Below, one piece after another: positions 10,112 through 20,928 of a stretch of 64,000 nt of DNA. This DNA comes from an uncultured Pseudomonadota bacterium (GTDB lineage: Bacteria; Desulfobacterota; Binatia; Binatales; Binataceae): assembly GCA_963795945.1 (NCBI GenBank), contig CAWCJN010000001.1, positions 410,774 to 474,773 on the forward strand, read 5' to 3'. Positions within the stretch are counted from its first letter, which is position 1, and each line of letters begins with the position of its first letter. The position numbers and the translations under genes are program-made. The notes below the pieces were generated by a model. That model had not been told where the DNA came from, made no database searches, and saw nothing but the letters and a program-made list of their open reading frames with translations.

Positions 10112-10899
10112 GCTCGGTTCTCGACCAAATCTTTGCCGCCAAACGCGACGAGCTGGCCGCGCGCCGCGCGCGTGTCAGTCTCGAGCAGATGATCGAAGCG
10201 GCAAGCCGCGCCCCCGCGCCGCGCGATTTTATTGGCGCGCTGCGCGCGAAATCTCCGGCTATCATCGCCGAAATTAAGCGCGCCTCACCGAGCAAGGGCG
10301 ACATCTTCCCCGGACTCGATCCGGCGGCGCTGGCGCGTGAGTACGCGTCGAGCGGCGCAGCGGCAATATCGGTATTGACCGATCGTCATTTCAAAGGCTC
10401 GCTCGAAGATCTGCGCGGGGCGCGCTCCGCCGTCGAGTTGCCGCTGCTGCGCAAGGATTTTATCTTCGATGAATACCAACTCTATGAAGCGCGCGCGGCG
10501 GGTGCGGACTGTATTCTGCTGATCGCGGCGATGCTGCAACACGATCAATTAGCCAGCCTCATGCGTCGAGCGGATGCTCTGGGTATCGCCGCACTAGTCG
10601 AAGTGCATAATCAGATCGAGTTTGAACGCGCCCGGTCGCTGGACGCGAAACTTATCGGAATCAACAATCGGGATCTGCACACGTTCAAGACCGATATCGC
10701 AACTACCGAAGAACTCCTAGAAGACTATGCGGGTTCCGCGCTGATCGTCAGCGAAAGCGGGATTGAATCGCCTACGGATATCAATCGGCTTTATCATGCC
10801 GGCGCGCGCGCATTTCTGATCGGTGAAAGTCTGCTCAAAGCCGGCCAACCGCGCGAGTCCCTCGCGCTTCTGGCGCGTTCTTTTGGAGCCAAGTCCTGA
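10108..10899 (+). CDS. trpC: Indole-3-glycerol phosphate synthase
   Basis: IAEIKRASPSKG, AISVLTD, PLLRKDFI, GINNRDL, SESGI, FLIGESL. Confidence 0.95.
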   Translation: MSSVLDQIFAAKRDELAARRARVSLEQMIEAASRAPAPRDFIGALRAKSPAIIAEIKRASPSKGDIFPGLDPAALAREYASSGAAAISVLTDRHFKGSLEDLRGARSAVELPLLRKDFIFDEYQLYEARAAGADCILLIAAMLQHDQLASLMRRADALGIAALVEVHNQIEFERARSLDAKLIGINNRDLHTFKTDIATTEELLEDYAGSALIVSESGIESPTDINRLYHAGARAFLIGESLLKAGQPRESLALLARSFGAKS

Positions 10900-10928
10900 T
10901 GTTGCGCCAGCGACTTTCGATAAGGAAC

Positions 10929-10963
10929 ATTTGTCATTCTGAGCGCAGCGAAGAATCTAGCGG
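10929..10963. repeat. REP-like element inside the trp operon (trpC-trpF spacer)
   Basis: atttgtcattctgagcgcagcgaagaatctagcgg; its reverse complement differs by one base from 40893..40927. Confidence 0.85.
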
Positions 10964-11041
10964 TACCTTATGCTCGATCTATCGCACTAGCTTCATCCGA
11001 GTTTGGCCTTTTCGACAGGGTGTTTGCGAGCATATTTCGCG

Positions 11042-11653
11042 ATGAGCATCTGCGTAAAAATCTGCGGTATCACGCGCATCGAAGATGCCGAGTGTGCGAT
11101 CGTATGCGGCGCGGATATCATTGGATTTAACTTCTATCCGCCGAGTCCGCGTGCGCTCTCACTCGAACAGGCCCGTGAGCTTCGCCAAGCGATTGGCGCG
11201 CGATGTGTTGTGGCGGGCGTTTTCGTAAACGCAGCCCGCGACTATATCGCCGAGCGGGTGCGCGAACTTCAGCTCGATTATATTCAGTTCCATGGTGACG
11301 AGGATGCCGAAACGATGCAGGGGTGGACGGTCAAAGTAATCCGTGCGCTGCGCATTAAGACCAGCGCGTCGTTGGACCACCTGCAACATCACGAAGCCGA
11401 TTACACGCTGCTCGATACTTTTCATCCGACGCTGTTCGGCGGCACCGGAGCGAGCCGCGGGCTCGATGGCCTGGATACGTATGATCTTAGCCGGGTCTTC
11501 ATTTCCGGAGGACTGACGGTCGAGAACGTCGCGGCCGTCGCACGATTACATCCCTTCGGCATTGACGTGGCGAGCGGCGTCGAGAGCGCCCCCGGAATCA
11601 AGGACCCCATAAAACTCAGGAGTTTTATTACTAATGCAAAGTCTGCCGGATAA
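11042..11653 (+). CDS. trpF: Phosphoribosylanthranilate isomerase
   Basis: [50 protein letters not shown]. Confidence 0.95.
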   Translation: MSICVKICGITRIEDAECAIVCGADIIGFNFYPPSPRALSLEQARELRQAIGARCVVAGVFVNAARDYIAERVRELQLDYIQFHGDEDAETMQGWTVKVIRALRIKTSASLDHLQHHEADYTLLDTFHPTLFGGTGASRGLDGLDTYDLSRVFISGGLTVENVAAVARLHPFGIDVASGVESAPGIKDPIKLRSFITNAKSAG

Positions 11654-12828
11654 GCGCGGACATTTCGGTCAGTACGGCGGCCGCTATGTGGCCGAAACCC
11701 TGATGCCTGCGCTGTTTGAACTCGAAGCGGCCTACAAGGAAGCGCGGCGCGATCCGCAATTCCGCGATACTTTGCAACGTCTCTCGCGCGAATACGTGGG
11801 GCGTCCTACCCCACTGTTCCACTGTGCCAATCTGAGCACGAAACTCGGCGGCGCAAAGATTTACCTCAAACGCGAGGACCTGTGTCATACGGGCGCGCAC
11901 AAGGTCAACAACACCCTCGGTCAGGCGCTGCTCGCCGAACGGATGGGCAAGGAGCGTATCACCGCCGAGACCGGCGCAGGTCAACATGGCGTCGCTACCG
12001 CGACGATGGCCGCGCTGTTCAAGAAACAGTGTGAAGTTTTTATGGGCAGCGTCGATGTCGAGCGGCAATCGCTCAACGTCTTTCGCATGAAGCTGCTCGG
12101 CGCGAAAGTCACCAGCGTCGATAGCGGCAGCAAAAGCCTCAAGGACGCGCTGAACGAAGCCCTGCGCGACTGGATCGCGACGGTACGAAATACCTACTAT
12201 TTGATCGGTACGGCCGCCGGACCGCATCCCTATCCGATGATCGTCCGCGATTTTCAGGCCGTGATCGGTAAGGAAGCGCGTCGTCAGATGCTCGAACATG
12301 AGGGTCGCCTGCCGGATATCATCATCGCGTGCGTTAACGGCGGCTCGAACGCAATCGGAATCTTCTATCCCTTCATCAAGGATAGCAGCGTGCGCATGAT
12401 CGGGGTCGAAGCCGCAGGACTCGGCCTCAACGGCCCAATGCATGCCGCGACGATCACGGCAGGGACGGTCGGCGTCTTGCACGGGAATCGCACCTATTTG
12501 TTGCAGGACGAGATGGGCCAGATTCGCGAGACTCATTCGATCGCCGCGGGACTCGACTATCCTGGCGTCGGACCGGAACACGCCTGGCTGAAGGATACCG
12601 CGCGGGCCGAATATGTCGCAGTCACCGATGCGGAAGCGCTCGACGCCTTACGGATGCTCTCCGAGACCGAAGGGATAATTCCGGCGTTGGAAAGCTCGCA
12701 CGCGCTCGCGTATGCAATAAAGCTCGCGCCGACTTTACCAAAAGAGCAACTGGTCGATCGTGAATCTCTCCGGACGCGGCGACAAGGATATGCAGACCGT
12801 CGCGCGCGCTTTCGGAGTGACATTGTGA
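11634..12828 (+). CDS. trpB: Tryptophan synthase beta chain (one extra base near 12755 shifts the C-terminus)
   Basis: [52 protein letters not shown]. The corrected end reads [13 protein letters not shown] 12826-12828. Confidence 0.95.
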
Positions 12829-13629
12829 AGCAGTCCGCAACGGCCGGATCGCCGCACAAAATTCCGCGAGTTGCGTGCGCGCGGCGAGAGCGCCCTAATC
12901 CCTTATATTGTTGCCGGCGACCCCGATCTCGACCGCACCGCGCCGCCTGGTGCTCGAATTCGAGGCGCGCGGCGCAGACCTGATCGAACTCGGCGTGCCT
13001 TTTTCCGATCCGATGGCCGACGGACCGGCCAATCAGCGCGCGTCCGGCGCGCGGTCTGCGCTCGGGCGCAACGCTGCCCGCGATTTTCGCGATGGTCGAG
13101 CGAGGTTCGTCGCGAAAGCCAGCATCCCACTGATCCTGTTCGGATACTTCAATCCCGATTCTCCATTACGGATGCGAGCGGCTCTGCGCAGACGCGGCGC
13201 GCGCCGGAATCGACGGGCTTGCTAGTGGTGGATCTGCCGCCCGAAGAGGCGGACGAGCTAGCCCTGCCGGCCCGCGCCGCAGGCCTCGACCTCATCTATC
13301 TGCTCGCGCCGACCACGCCGCTCGAACGCAGCCGCGTCGATCGCGCAAACGCGCAGCGGTTTTCTCTACTATGTCGCCGTGACCGGCGTGACCGGCGCGC
13401 GCGGCCAGCTCTGGCCGCCGATCTCGAGACAAATGTGCGCAACTTGCGCGCCGTGACCGATCTGCCGATTGGCGTCGGCTTCGGCATCTCGACCCCGGCG
13501 CAGGCGCGCGACGTTGCGGCTTTCGCCGATGCGGTCGTGGTCGGCAGCGCGATCTCTCAATTAATCGAGCAGCACGTTGCTTCCGATAATTTGGTGTCGG
13601 CCGTCGGGCGAATTCGTTGGCTGCGATGA
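12825..13629 (+). CDS. trpA: Tryptophan synthase alpha chain (several indels; exact ends uncertain)
   Basis: Fragments in different frames: [55 protein letters not shown]. Confidence 0.85.
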
Positions 13630-13690
13630 AGAACGGCGATGCGCACGCGCGCGAAACCCATGCGCGCCGAGGCAGCCGAGGCTAGATTGA

Positions 13691-14601
13691 ATGGCGGACT
13701 CGAGCTGCCACTGCGTGCCAGCCGCAAGCAATCGCAAGCGCCGCAATCCGCTGATGACATCTGGCTGAAATGCCCCGGATGCCGCGAAATCGCTTTTCGC
13801 AAGGAAGTCGAGCGCAACCTCAACGTATGTCTGAAATGCGGTCCATCATCTGCGGCTCACCGTCGAGCAGCGCCTCGCGATAACCATCGATCGCGGCACG
13901 TGGCGCGAGCTTCTTCGCGGATCTCGCCGCCGGCGACCCGCTCGAATTTGTCGACTCCAAGCCCTATCCCGAGCGCCTCGAACAGGCGCGGCGTACGAGC
14001 GGCCGCAACGACGCAGTCGTGACCGGAGTCGGCAAAATCGAAGATCATCCGGCGGCGCATTGCGGTGATGGACTTCAACTTCATGGGCGGCAGCATGGGC
14101 ATTGTGGTCGGCGAAAAAATCGCGCGGCTTGATGGATCACGCGCTCAAGCAGCGGCTTACCGGTAGTCGTGTTCTGCGCGTCGGGCGGCGCGCGGATGCA
14201 GGAGGGCGCGCTCTCACTGATGCAGATGGCGAAGGTCTCGGCCGCGATCGCGCGTCTGCGCGACGCGCGTCTGCCCTATCATCTCGGTCCTGTGCGATCC
14301 GACCACCGGCGGCGTGGCGGCGTCGTTCGCGAGTCTGGGCGATTTGAATTTCGCTGAGCCCGGCGCGCTGATCGGTTTCGCCGGGCGGCGGGTAATCGAG
14401 CAGACCACCAATCAGCAGCTGCCCGATGACTTTCAGACCGCCGAGTTTCTGCTCGAGCATGGGATGCTCGATGCGATCGTCCCGCGCGCCAAGATGCGTT
14501 ACACTCTCGCTTTGATGCTGAGAATGTTGACGCGGTCCGCGAGGCCTAAGTCGGCGAAATCAAAAGACCGTCGGCGAGCCATCGACCGAGCAACTCATTG
14601 A
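13691..14601 (+). CDS. accD: Acetyl-CoA carboxylase carboxyltransferase beta subunit (several indels)
   Basis: WLKCPGC...NVCLKCG zinc finger, [54 protein letters not shown] across frames. Canonical position after trpA. Confidence 0.85.
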
Positions 14602-15355
14602 TGCGGGCGAGCGGCTCTGCTTGTCCGCTCTTGCTCATGATCGCCTCGCACATCGCGGCGAAGGTCGCCCCCTCCCGCGCGAGAAGCATCGCGTCGTCCT
14701 CGCCTGCTTCCAGTTCTCGGTAAAATACCTGTGACCTCTGCCGCCAGACCAAAATTGTGAGCGGACCGTACGACGGCGGCTGCCATGATCGGCCTGCCGC
14801 GATCGCGCGAAAGACCTGTTCGACGTGCCACGCGCAAGCGAGCAGGCGCACCGCTGGATGTGTTTGTATTTTGATCACCGGCCACTCCTCCGGCGCAATC
14901 GCGGCCATTGCAGCACCGTCCAGCGGATAGGCGTCAGCGCTATGAAAGCTCTCCAGAAGGGCGCGCTCTAGCCATGCCAATTCATCTAGAAATGGCCGGC
15001 TCTCGCTCAGTGGATGGCTGGTAAGGAAGTCCGCCAGATGGCGATCCGCATAAAAGATCGATGGTTCGGATGGCGGATACTCGACGAGATATCCAGTGAT
15101 CAGGTTATGGAAGTCAGTCGCACCTAGTATTGCCAGCGTCGCTGGATAGTCTTCTTTGAGTACGTCCAGCAACCGATAGAAATACGCGTCGGCGTAGATT
15201 TCGAGTCTTTCACGAGACGGAAGTCGGTCGTCTCCGGCCACGAGTTCCTCAAGTCCGCCCGGAATGACAGCTGTCTCGTGCAGCACGCCTTCGCCGACGC
15301 CATCGGTTGCAGTAATTAGGCGATAAAGTAGCGACTGGAGTCGCGCAAGTTCCAC
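14546..15355 (-). CDS. DUF2063/HvfC/BufC-like MNIO partner protein
   Basis: RL.IY..AY..RL...L.EDYP, F..L...Y....P..., ELA.LE.AL...F. Directly downstream of the DUF692 gene. Confidence 0.85.
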   Translation of the reverse strand: MELARLQSLLYRLITATDGVGEGVLHETAVIPGGLEELVAGDDRLPSRERLEIYADAYFYRLLDVLKEDYPATLAILGATDFHNLITGYLVEYPPSEPSIFYADRHLADFLTSHPLSESRPFLDELAWLERALLESFHSADAYPLDGAAMAAIAPEEWPVIKIQTHPAVRLLACAWHVEQVFRAIAAGRSWQPPSYGPLTILVWRQRSQVFYRELEAGEDDAMLLAREGATFAAMCEAIMSKSGQAEPLARINELLGRWLADGLLISPT

Positions 15356-15359
15356 TGAG

Positions 15360-16208
15360 CTATGCTGTAGTGTGTGAGATGGTATCTACGTGCTCCATGC
15401 GCATCCGTGCCGCCGAAGCCTCCGTCTGTAATTCGGCGAATTCGGGTATTTGATCATCCCATTCAATTAGAGTCGGGACCACGCCGAAGCGTCGTAACGC
15501 ACGCTCATAAAGTTGCCACACTTCGGCACGAACTTGATGATCATGCGTATCGAGCAGATGTGTCCCGCAGTCGCGATGACCCGCAAGATGGAATTGCGCA
15601 ACCCGTTCGATTGGCATCTCATCTATATACTGTTCGGCGCTGAACCGATGGTTAAACGCGTTAACGAATACATTGTTGATGTCCAGCAGGATGCCGCAGT
15701 CTGCCTCTTTTGCAACCGCCTCCACGAACTCCCATTCCTTCAGTGTGGAATGAGTATAAGTGAAATAGCTGGAGATATTCTCGATGAGTATCCGTTGTCC
15801 GAGAACGTCTTGCGCCTCTCTGATTCGCCGCGCCGCGACCTGTACGGCTTCGTCGTTGTACGGCAAAGGGATCAGATCATGCAGGTTATGCCGTCCAGTC
15901 CGCGTCCAGCATAGATGATCCGAAATCCACGCCGGCTCGAAACGCCGGGCCAGTTCGGCCAGCGCACGCAAATAGTCAGTGTTTGATCCCTCAGCCGAGC
16001 CGACCGACATCGAGACGCCATGCAGCACGATCGGATAACGCGAACGAACCTGCTCTAATACTTCGAGCGGCCGGCCACCCTCAACCATGAAGTTTTCGGT
16101 GATGACCTCGAACCAGTCCATCGCCGGCCAGTTCTCCAGCACGTAACTATAGTGTTGTCGGCGCAACCCAACCCCGGCGCCCAGTGACGGGAATTTGGAG
16201 GGATTCAT
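15360..16208 (-). CDS. Multinuclear non-heme iron oxidative enzyme (MNIO, DUF692/BufB)
   Basis: G.GLR..H, EVITENFM, HGVSMS, SDHLCW, ENIS, LLDINN, HLAGH, DTH, EWD motifs. Confidence 0.92.
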   Translation of the reverse strand: MNPSKFPSLGAGVGLRRQHYSYVLENWPAMDWFEVITENFMVEGGRPLEVLEQVRSRYPIVLHGVSMSVGSAEGSNTDYLRALAELARRFEPAWISDHLCWTRTGRHNLHDLIPLPYNDEAVQVAARRIREAQDVLGQRILIENISSYFTYTHSTLKEWEFVEAVAKEADCGILLDINNVFVNAFNHRFSAEQYIDEMPIERVAQFHLAGHRDCGTHLLDTHDHQVRAEVWQLYERALRRFGVVPTLIEWDDQIPEFAELQTEASAARMRMEHVDTISHTTA

Positions 16209-16274
16209 GTTGTCTCGATCGACACCGTGCGATCCGCCTGATAAACGTGTCGACCGACTACCAACTGGAGTCTG

Positions 16275-16526
16275 CTACTCGACGTGGCCGCCCTTCTGTG
16301 TGCACTCACTCGCGCTCGAAGTCATGATCCAGCCTTTGCCCTTGCATGAATTCTGGCCCTTGCAGCTATTACTGGCGCTCTTGCACGAGCTCAAGCCTTT
16401 GCAGCTATTACCGCCCACGCATTTGACCTGAGCTCCTGCTCCTCCATCAGCCAACAGGGGCTGAACGGTAAACATTAGGCCGATTGCGGTGGCCAGCATC
16501 GCTCCCGTGAGTGTCGCCTTGTTCAT
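16275..16526 (-). CDS. Cys-rich secreted RiPP precursor, BufA2-like (bufferin-type metallophore candidate)
   Basis: SD AAGGAG. Signal peptide followed by VKCVGGNSCKGLSSCKSASNSCKGQNSCKGKGW...ECTQKGG (6 Cys, repeated SCK units). First gene of the MNIO operon. Confidence 0.85.
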   Translation of the reverse strand: MNKATLTGAMLATAIGLMFTVQPLLADGGAGAQVKCVGGNSCKGLSSCKSASNSCKGQNSCKGKGWIMTSSASECTQKGGHVE

Positions 16527-16762
16527 TGCCAACTCCTTGATGATCTTTCATATTGCGCTTTGCACGACAGACTACGCGAGCCGGTCACACCAAACCATTT
16601 CGACTCAGTGCGGCGAACTCGTCAAGTTCCGATCTCGCGGTTCGGGACCAATCTCTTGAGTCGCCATTCCGGATTCTAATCCAGAGCTTGCCATCCCGCG
16701 TATCTCCTTCGGCGGGATAGGCGGATGAGCCAGAAGCATGATATGGTCCCGCGCGGCGGATC

Positions 16763-17338
16763 ATGGTATCAAACCGCGATCCTCGAGACCGTCGGCTGCA
16801 ATTTGAAGGAGCCGCCTTACCTCACCTGGATACGCTTTATGCAGCCGCGCTGCGGCTGACACGTAATTCCGAAGACAGTAAAGATTTACTTCAGGAGACT
16901 GTCCTCCGGGCCTACAAATACTTCCATCAGTTCGACCCAGGAACTAATTGCCGCGCTTGGCTGTTAACTATCATGTATAATCTCTTTCGCTCGGCTTATC
17001 GACGGGTAAATCGCGAGCAACTTGCTGTTACCCCCGAGGAGTTCCAGCAAGCGATTGAGGCGAGCAGTGCGGCCGAAAACAATTCTGATGAAAGCCCCGA
17101 AGAATTTGTCGCGCGACGTAAAACGGGCCGGATCCTTGAGCGTGCGCTGGCGGACTTACCGAGTGAGTTTCGGGAGACGCTGCTCCTGATCGATGTGCAC
17201 GAGCTGGATTATCAGGAAGTGGCGATTGTTCTAGATATTCCGCTCGGGACGGTTAAATCACGAGTGTCACGAGGACGCGCAATGATGCGGCTCGCACTCG
17301 AAAAGGCGAGTATTGTCCGTGGAAAGACAGGTACTTGA
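16763..17338 (+). CDS. ECF RNA polymerase sigma factor (SigH/SigR-like region 2)
   Basis: LY..ALRLTRN....DL.QET.LRAY..F..F.PGTN.RAWL..I..N, L..LP..FRE.L.L.DV..L.Y.E.A..L.IP.GTVKSR.SRGR. Confidence 0.93.
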   Translation: MVSNRDPRDRRLQFEGAALPHLDTLYAAALRLTRNSEDSKDLLQETVLRAYKYFHQFDPGTNCRAWLLTIMYNLFRSAYRRVNREQLAVTPEEFQQAIEASSAAENNSDESPEEFVARRKTGRILERALADLPSEFRETLLLIDVHELDYQEVAIVLDIPLGTVKSRVSRGRAMMRLALEKASIVRGKTGT

Positions 17339-17396
17339 CAGCGCAATTTATCGTCTATAGACCTGAAGTCAACATTTCAGCTGCTTTATATTCCTA

Positions 17397-18336
17397 ATGG
17401 ACTGTAATTATTACATCGACAATATTCTATCCGCGCATGCCGATGGCGAGTTACGCGGCCAGAGGAGCGCCTTGCCGAATCGCACATCAGCAGTTGTCTC
17501 GCATGCCGTCAACGGCTCTCTCAAGAACGAGAGCTCAAGCATCTCATCCGAACTCGAACTCCGGATATCACGCGTTCCAGCCGACTTACGTCTCTATATC
17601 CGCACAGCGCTGGGCGAACTGGTGGACGCAGAATTGCTCGCACAACGTCCAGCATGGTGCCGCTATGCTGAGACTGCGACGTATCGTGCTTCGCAGCTAG
17701 GCAAGTCAGCCTGCCGCCATCCGATCTATTATGCGATGCCCATCGCTGCGGTCACCTTGCTGATGATCCTCGGCATAAAATCGCGAAATTTCCGATCGGT
17801 TCCAACCGTTCCAGCAACGCCGGTGTTCAGTCTAGCGGTGAACAAATTCGACTCGTCAATACGAGACTTCGCTCCAAATGTAACAATCCAAAGTCCTTCG
17901 CAAAACGACTCGGACTTTGCGTGGATCATCAGATCGCGACCATTCGAGTAATACTCCCGACGAAGCCGACGATCTTGCGCGGTCCTACCGTGAAGCTGGT
18001 ATACCGGAAGACATCTATGACTTTCGCTCCGTCGGATATGGACTCTATGGGGGGCGTATTGATCAGTCGGCGGATGGCTATCCGGCAGCCTACACGTTGT
18101 ACATCGGAGAGCGAGGCGAAATCCTCAGCATTTGTGTTCACGCGGTAGGTTTTGCGGCTCCAATAGGAGCCCGTTACTGGGCAGGTACGCATACCTTCTA
18201 TGAGTACCAGGGCCATAGCATCTGCTTGACCTTTCATCCGGCTGGCCATTTTGTCTCTATTCTGATCAGCCGTGAGCCGGTAACTACGCTGCTGCGCGAT
18301 GTTACCGGAGCCGATGCCGCTTCATCAGAATTTTAG
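17397..18336 (+). CDS. Membrane-anchored zinc-finger (ZAS) anti-sigma factor, split by three indels
   Basis: MDC...LSAHADGEL, then EERLAESHISSCLAC (HxxxCxxC) in an alternate frame, a TM segment (IAAVTLLMILGI), and an extracytoplasmic domain in ORF 17917..18336. Confidence 0.75.
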
Positions 18337-18466
18337 GATTCTCTCTTTACGCTTACTCGATTGAGCCGGTGTAACTTTCTCGCGTTCAAGCTGCAATATC
18401 TGATCCGGAACTTCGAGGCGCCGCTCGCGGCAAACCTCGTTATCCGTCAAGAGAGCAGAGCACACC

Positions 18467-19084
18467 ATGAGAGAGTTAAGCGAGGTTCAGGCTTCAATTG
18501 GGGCCGATTTACGAGATTCATTCGATCATGAGATTTTGCGGCGCCTCGAAAGCTCCGCCGGATTGCTCTGCGGCTCACCGCAATCACGCCGACGCCAATG
18601 ATCTGGTACAGGAAACGGTGCTACGGGCGTGGCGGTTCTTCCATCATTTTCGGATGGGCAGCAATTCGCGCGCGTGGCTTTGGGCAATTCTGCACAACAA
18701 TTTTAGGAATCAATGGCGACGCCAGGAATTGGAGCGCATTGCCGTTCAGGTGAACGATCATTTCGCAGCAGATTTCGACCTTGATTCCGGAGCAATCCTC
18801 CACGAGATTCGACCAGAACGTGAGATCGGGGAACACCTCACAAGTCAGGCAATCGAATCCGCACGGAGAACTTCTGTTCAGCCTTGATGTTAGTTGATGC
18901 TCGAGAGTTGGCGTACCACGAAGCGGCGAAAGCACTTCGGGCGCCGATTGGGACAGTAGAATCTTGCGTTTCCCGTGGGCGAGCAATGATGCGGCATGCA
19001 TTAAAAGAGCGCGCCCGTCTTAAAGGCCTCGTAGCGACGCGTCCACAGCAAAGATATACCCGTCAATGCCGCAATACTCATTAG
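18467..19084 (+). pseudogene. Degenerate paralogous ECF sigma factor
   Basis: DLVQETVLRAWRFF..F..GSNSRAWL and REL.Y.EAA..L..PIGTVES.VSRGRAMM lie in separate frames. At least three disruptions, and the region 2-4 linker appears shortened. Confidence 0.65.
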
Positions 19085-19102
19085 AGATGACGTTCTCGCG
19101 GT

Positions 19103-20681
19103 CTAATGAGCGGCTGCGACTTTGCCGTGAGTCTGAGGACGACGCATCAAAAACACGACAGGCGTAAGTAAAAAGAACAGATACGACACTAGCCGGAAAT
19201 CGTCGAGGTACGATAGTACCGACGCCTGCCGCTGTACCTGCAGATAAACCATCCCCAGAAAAGGTGCGGACCCGTGGCGCAGCAAAGACTTGCCAATTCC
19301 CAAAGTCATCACCGTCTGATGCGTGAGAGCGTCCATGCTGAAGGCATTCACGTGACCAGCCAGATAATTTTGATGGACCTGTGAATTAATCGAAAGCATC
19401 GCGACCAGTACGGCAATTCCGATGCTGCCGCCTACCGTGCGCACCATGTTGAAAAGTCCCGAGGCAGTGCCCATCTGCTCCTTGGGAACAGATGCGAGGC
19501 TCAGTGTGGTGATTGGAATAAAGATAAAACCCGAACCGATACCGCGCAGGAGCCCGGGCAAGGCAATGCTCCAGAAATCAATTTCAGCATAGAAATTGGC
19601 CATATAGGTAGTGCCAACTCCAGCAGCAATGCAGCCTGCGGCAACCAATAAACGCGGGTCGATTTTGTTGAATAAGCGTCCGGCAACGACGATGGAGAGG
19701 AACGTGCCGATACTCTGAATCGAGAGCACTTCTCCAGCCAGCACCGGCGTGTAGCCGGAAATCTGCTGACAGTAAAGTGGAATCAGGACGAAAGTCGCAT
19801 ACATTGCGAACATAACGATCGTTGTGAAGGCGGTGCCCACTGCAAAATCGCGGTTATTCAGAACACGTAAATCAACAATGGGCTCGCGCGTGTGCAGCTC
19901 TCGAATTACAAAGAAAATCAGGCTCACTACGCCGATAACTGTCATCCAAATGATCACGTGGGAGTTGAACCAATCGAGTCGCTCGCCACAATCAGCATTA
20001 TCTGAATCGAGGCTATCCCGAGGACCAGATAGCCCAGCCCCGACCAGTCAATTCGTTTGATCCCACGCCGAATATAGGCGGGATCGTGGACGAAGACCGC
20101 CACCATGATCGCGGCGATTACCCCGGTGGGGACGTTGATATAAAAAATCCAGCGCCAGCTATAATTATCCGTGATCCAGCCGCCCAAAGTCGGCCCCATC
20201 ACCGGAGCGAGCATCATGCCGAGGCCCCAGACTGACATCGCAGTGGCCTGTTCTTCGGGCGGAAAGGTCTCCATCAGGACGGCTTGCGACAGAGGCATCA
20301 TCGCGCCTCCGCCCAAGCCCTGTAACACTCGAAAAAACACCAGATCTGAAGATTCGGTGCGGCGCCTGCCGCCAAGGACGAGCCTACAAACAGCAAGATG
20401 CAGGAGATAAAAAAACGCTTCCGGCCAAAGTAGGCGCTGCACCAGCCGGTGAGCGGAATCACGATGCCGTTGGCGACGATATACGAGGTTAGCACCCAGG
20501 CGGCTTCATCAACGTCCGCCGAGAGGCTGCCGCGAATGTGCAGGAGAGAGACGTTGGCGATAGTGCTATCCAGCACCTCCATCACGGTCGCGAGCATTAC
20601 CGCTACCGCCACTAGCCACTTATTCGTGGGATCACGTTGTGGGATTACAGCGGGAGTGACTGGTTCGGGTGCAGCGGCCAT
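19103..20681 (-). CDS. DHA2 (EmrB/QacA) family MFS efflux transporter (frameshifts near 20343 and 19995)
   Basis: M..LD.TI.NV.L..I.G.L, W..TSY..AN, R.LQG.GGG..MP.SQ, PV.GP.LGGWIT.NY.WRWIFYIN.P.G, ASG.FN..R..GG..G.A. Confidence 0.88.
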
Positions 20682-20928
20682 CGTGAGCTAATTAAGTGTT
20701 TTATCGCCCCAATTTGATAAATGTACCCTATTCTATATCTTTCCTGATTGATTCTTAATTCTCTTCCATCTCAGCCGCAACTCCTTCCTTTTGGGGTGAG
20801 TCCTTCTCTCTTAAATTTGGAGAAGCGGGGCGGATTAAGTCGCAAACTCTATTGGATCACAATCGACTATTTCAACCGGAAACTGTTTCACAAGTGAAAC
20901 GTTCGGGAGTTCATCTGAGATCCCCCAG

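Noticed and set aside
11631-12581. 316-aa antisense ORF over trpB (similarly 44243..45313 over hemC and many shorter ones)
   Set aside because: Shadow ORFs typical of GC-rich coding DNA; no motifs or start signals.
6975-14601. Pseudogenisation of the trp operon and accD (tryptophan auxotrophy)
   Set aside because: Motifs are intact once single-base indels are corrected, the attenuator is preserved, and similar indels hit pgk and accD; sequencing error is more parsimonious.
16540-16762. Specific ECF promoter for the RiPP precursor (GTGACC-N16-CGTG on the minus strand)
   Set aside because: Only a partial resemblance to known ECF consensus sequences; it cannot be distinguished from chance without a motif model.
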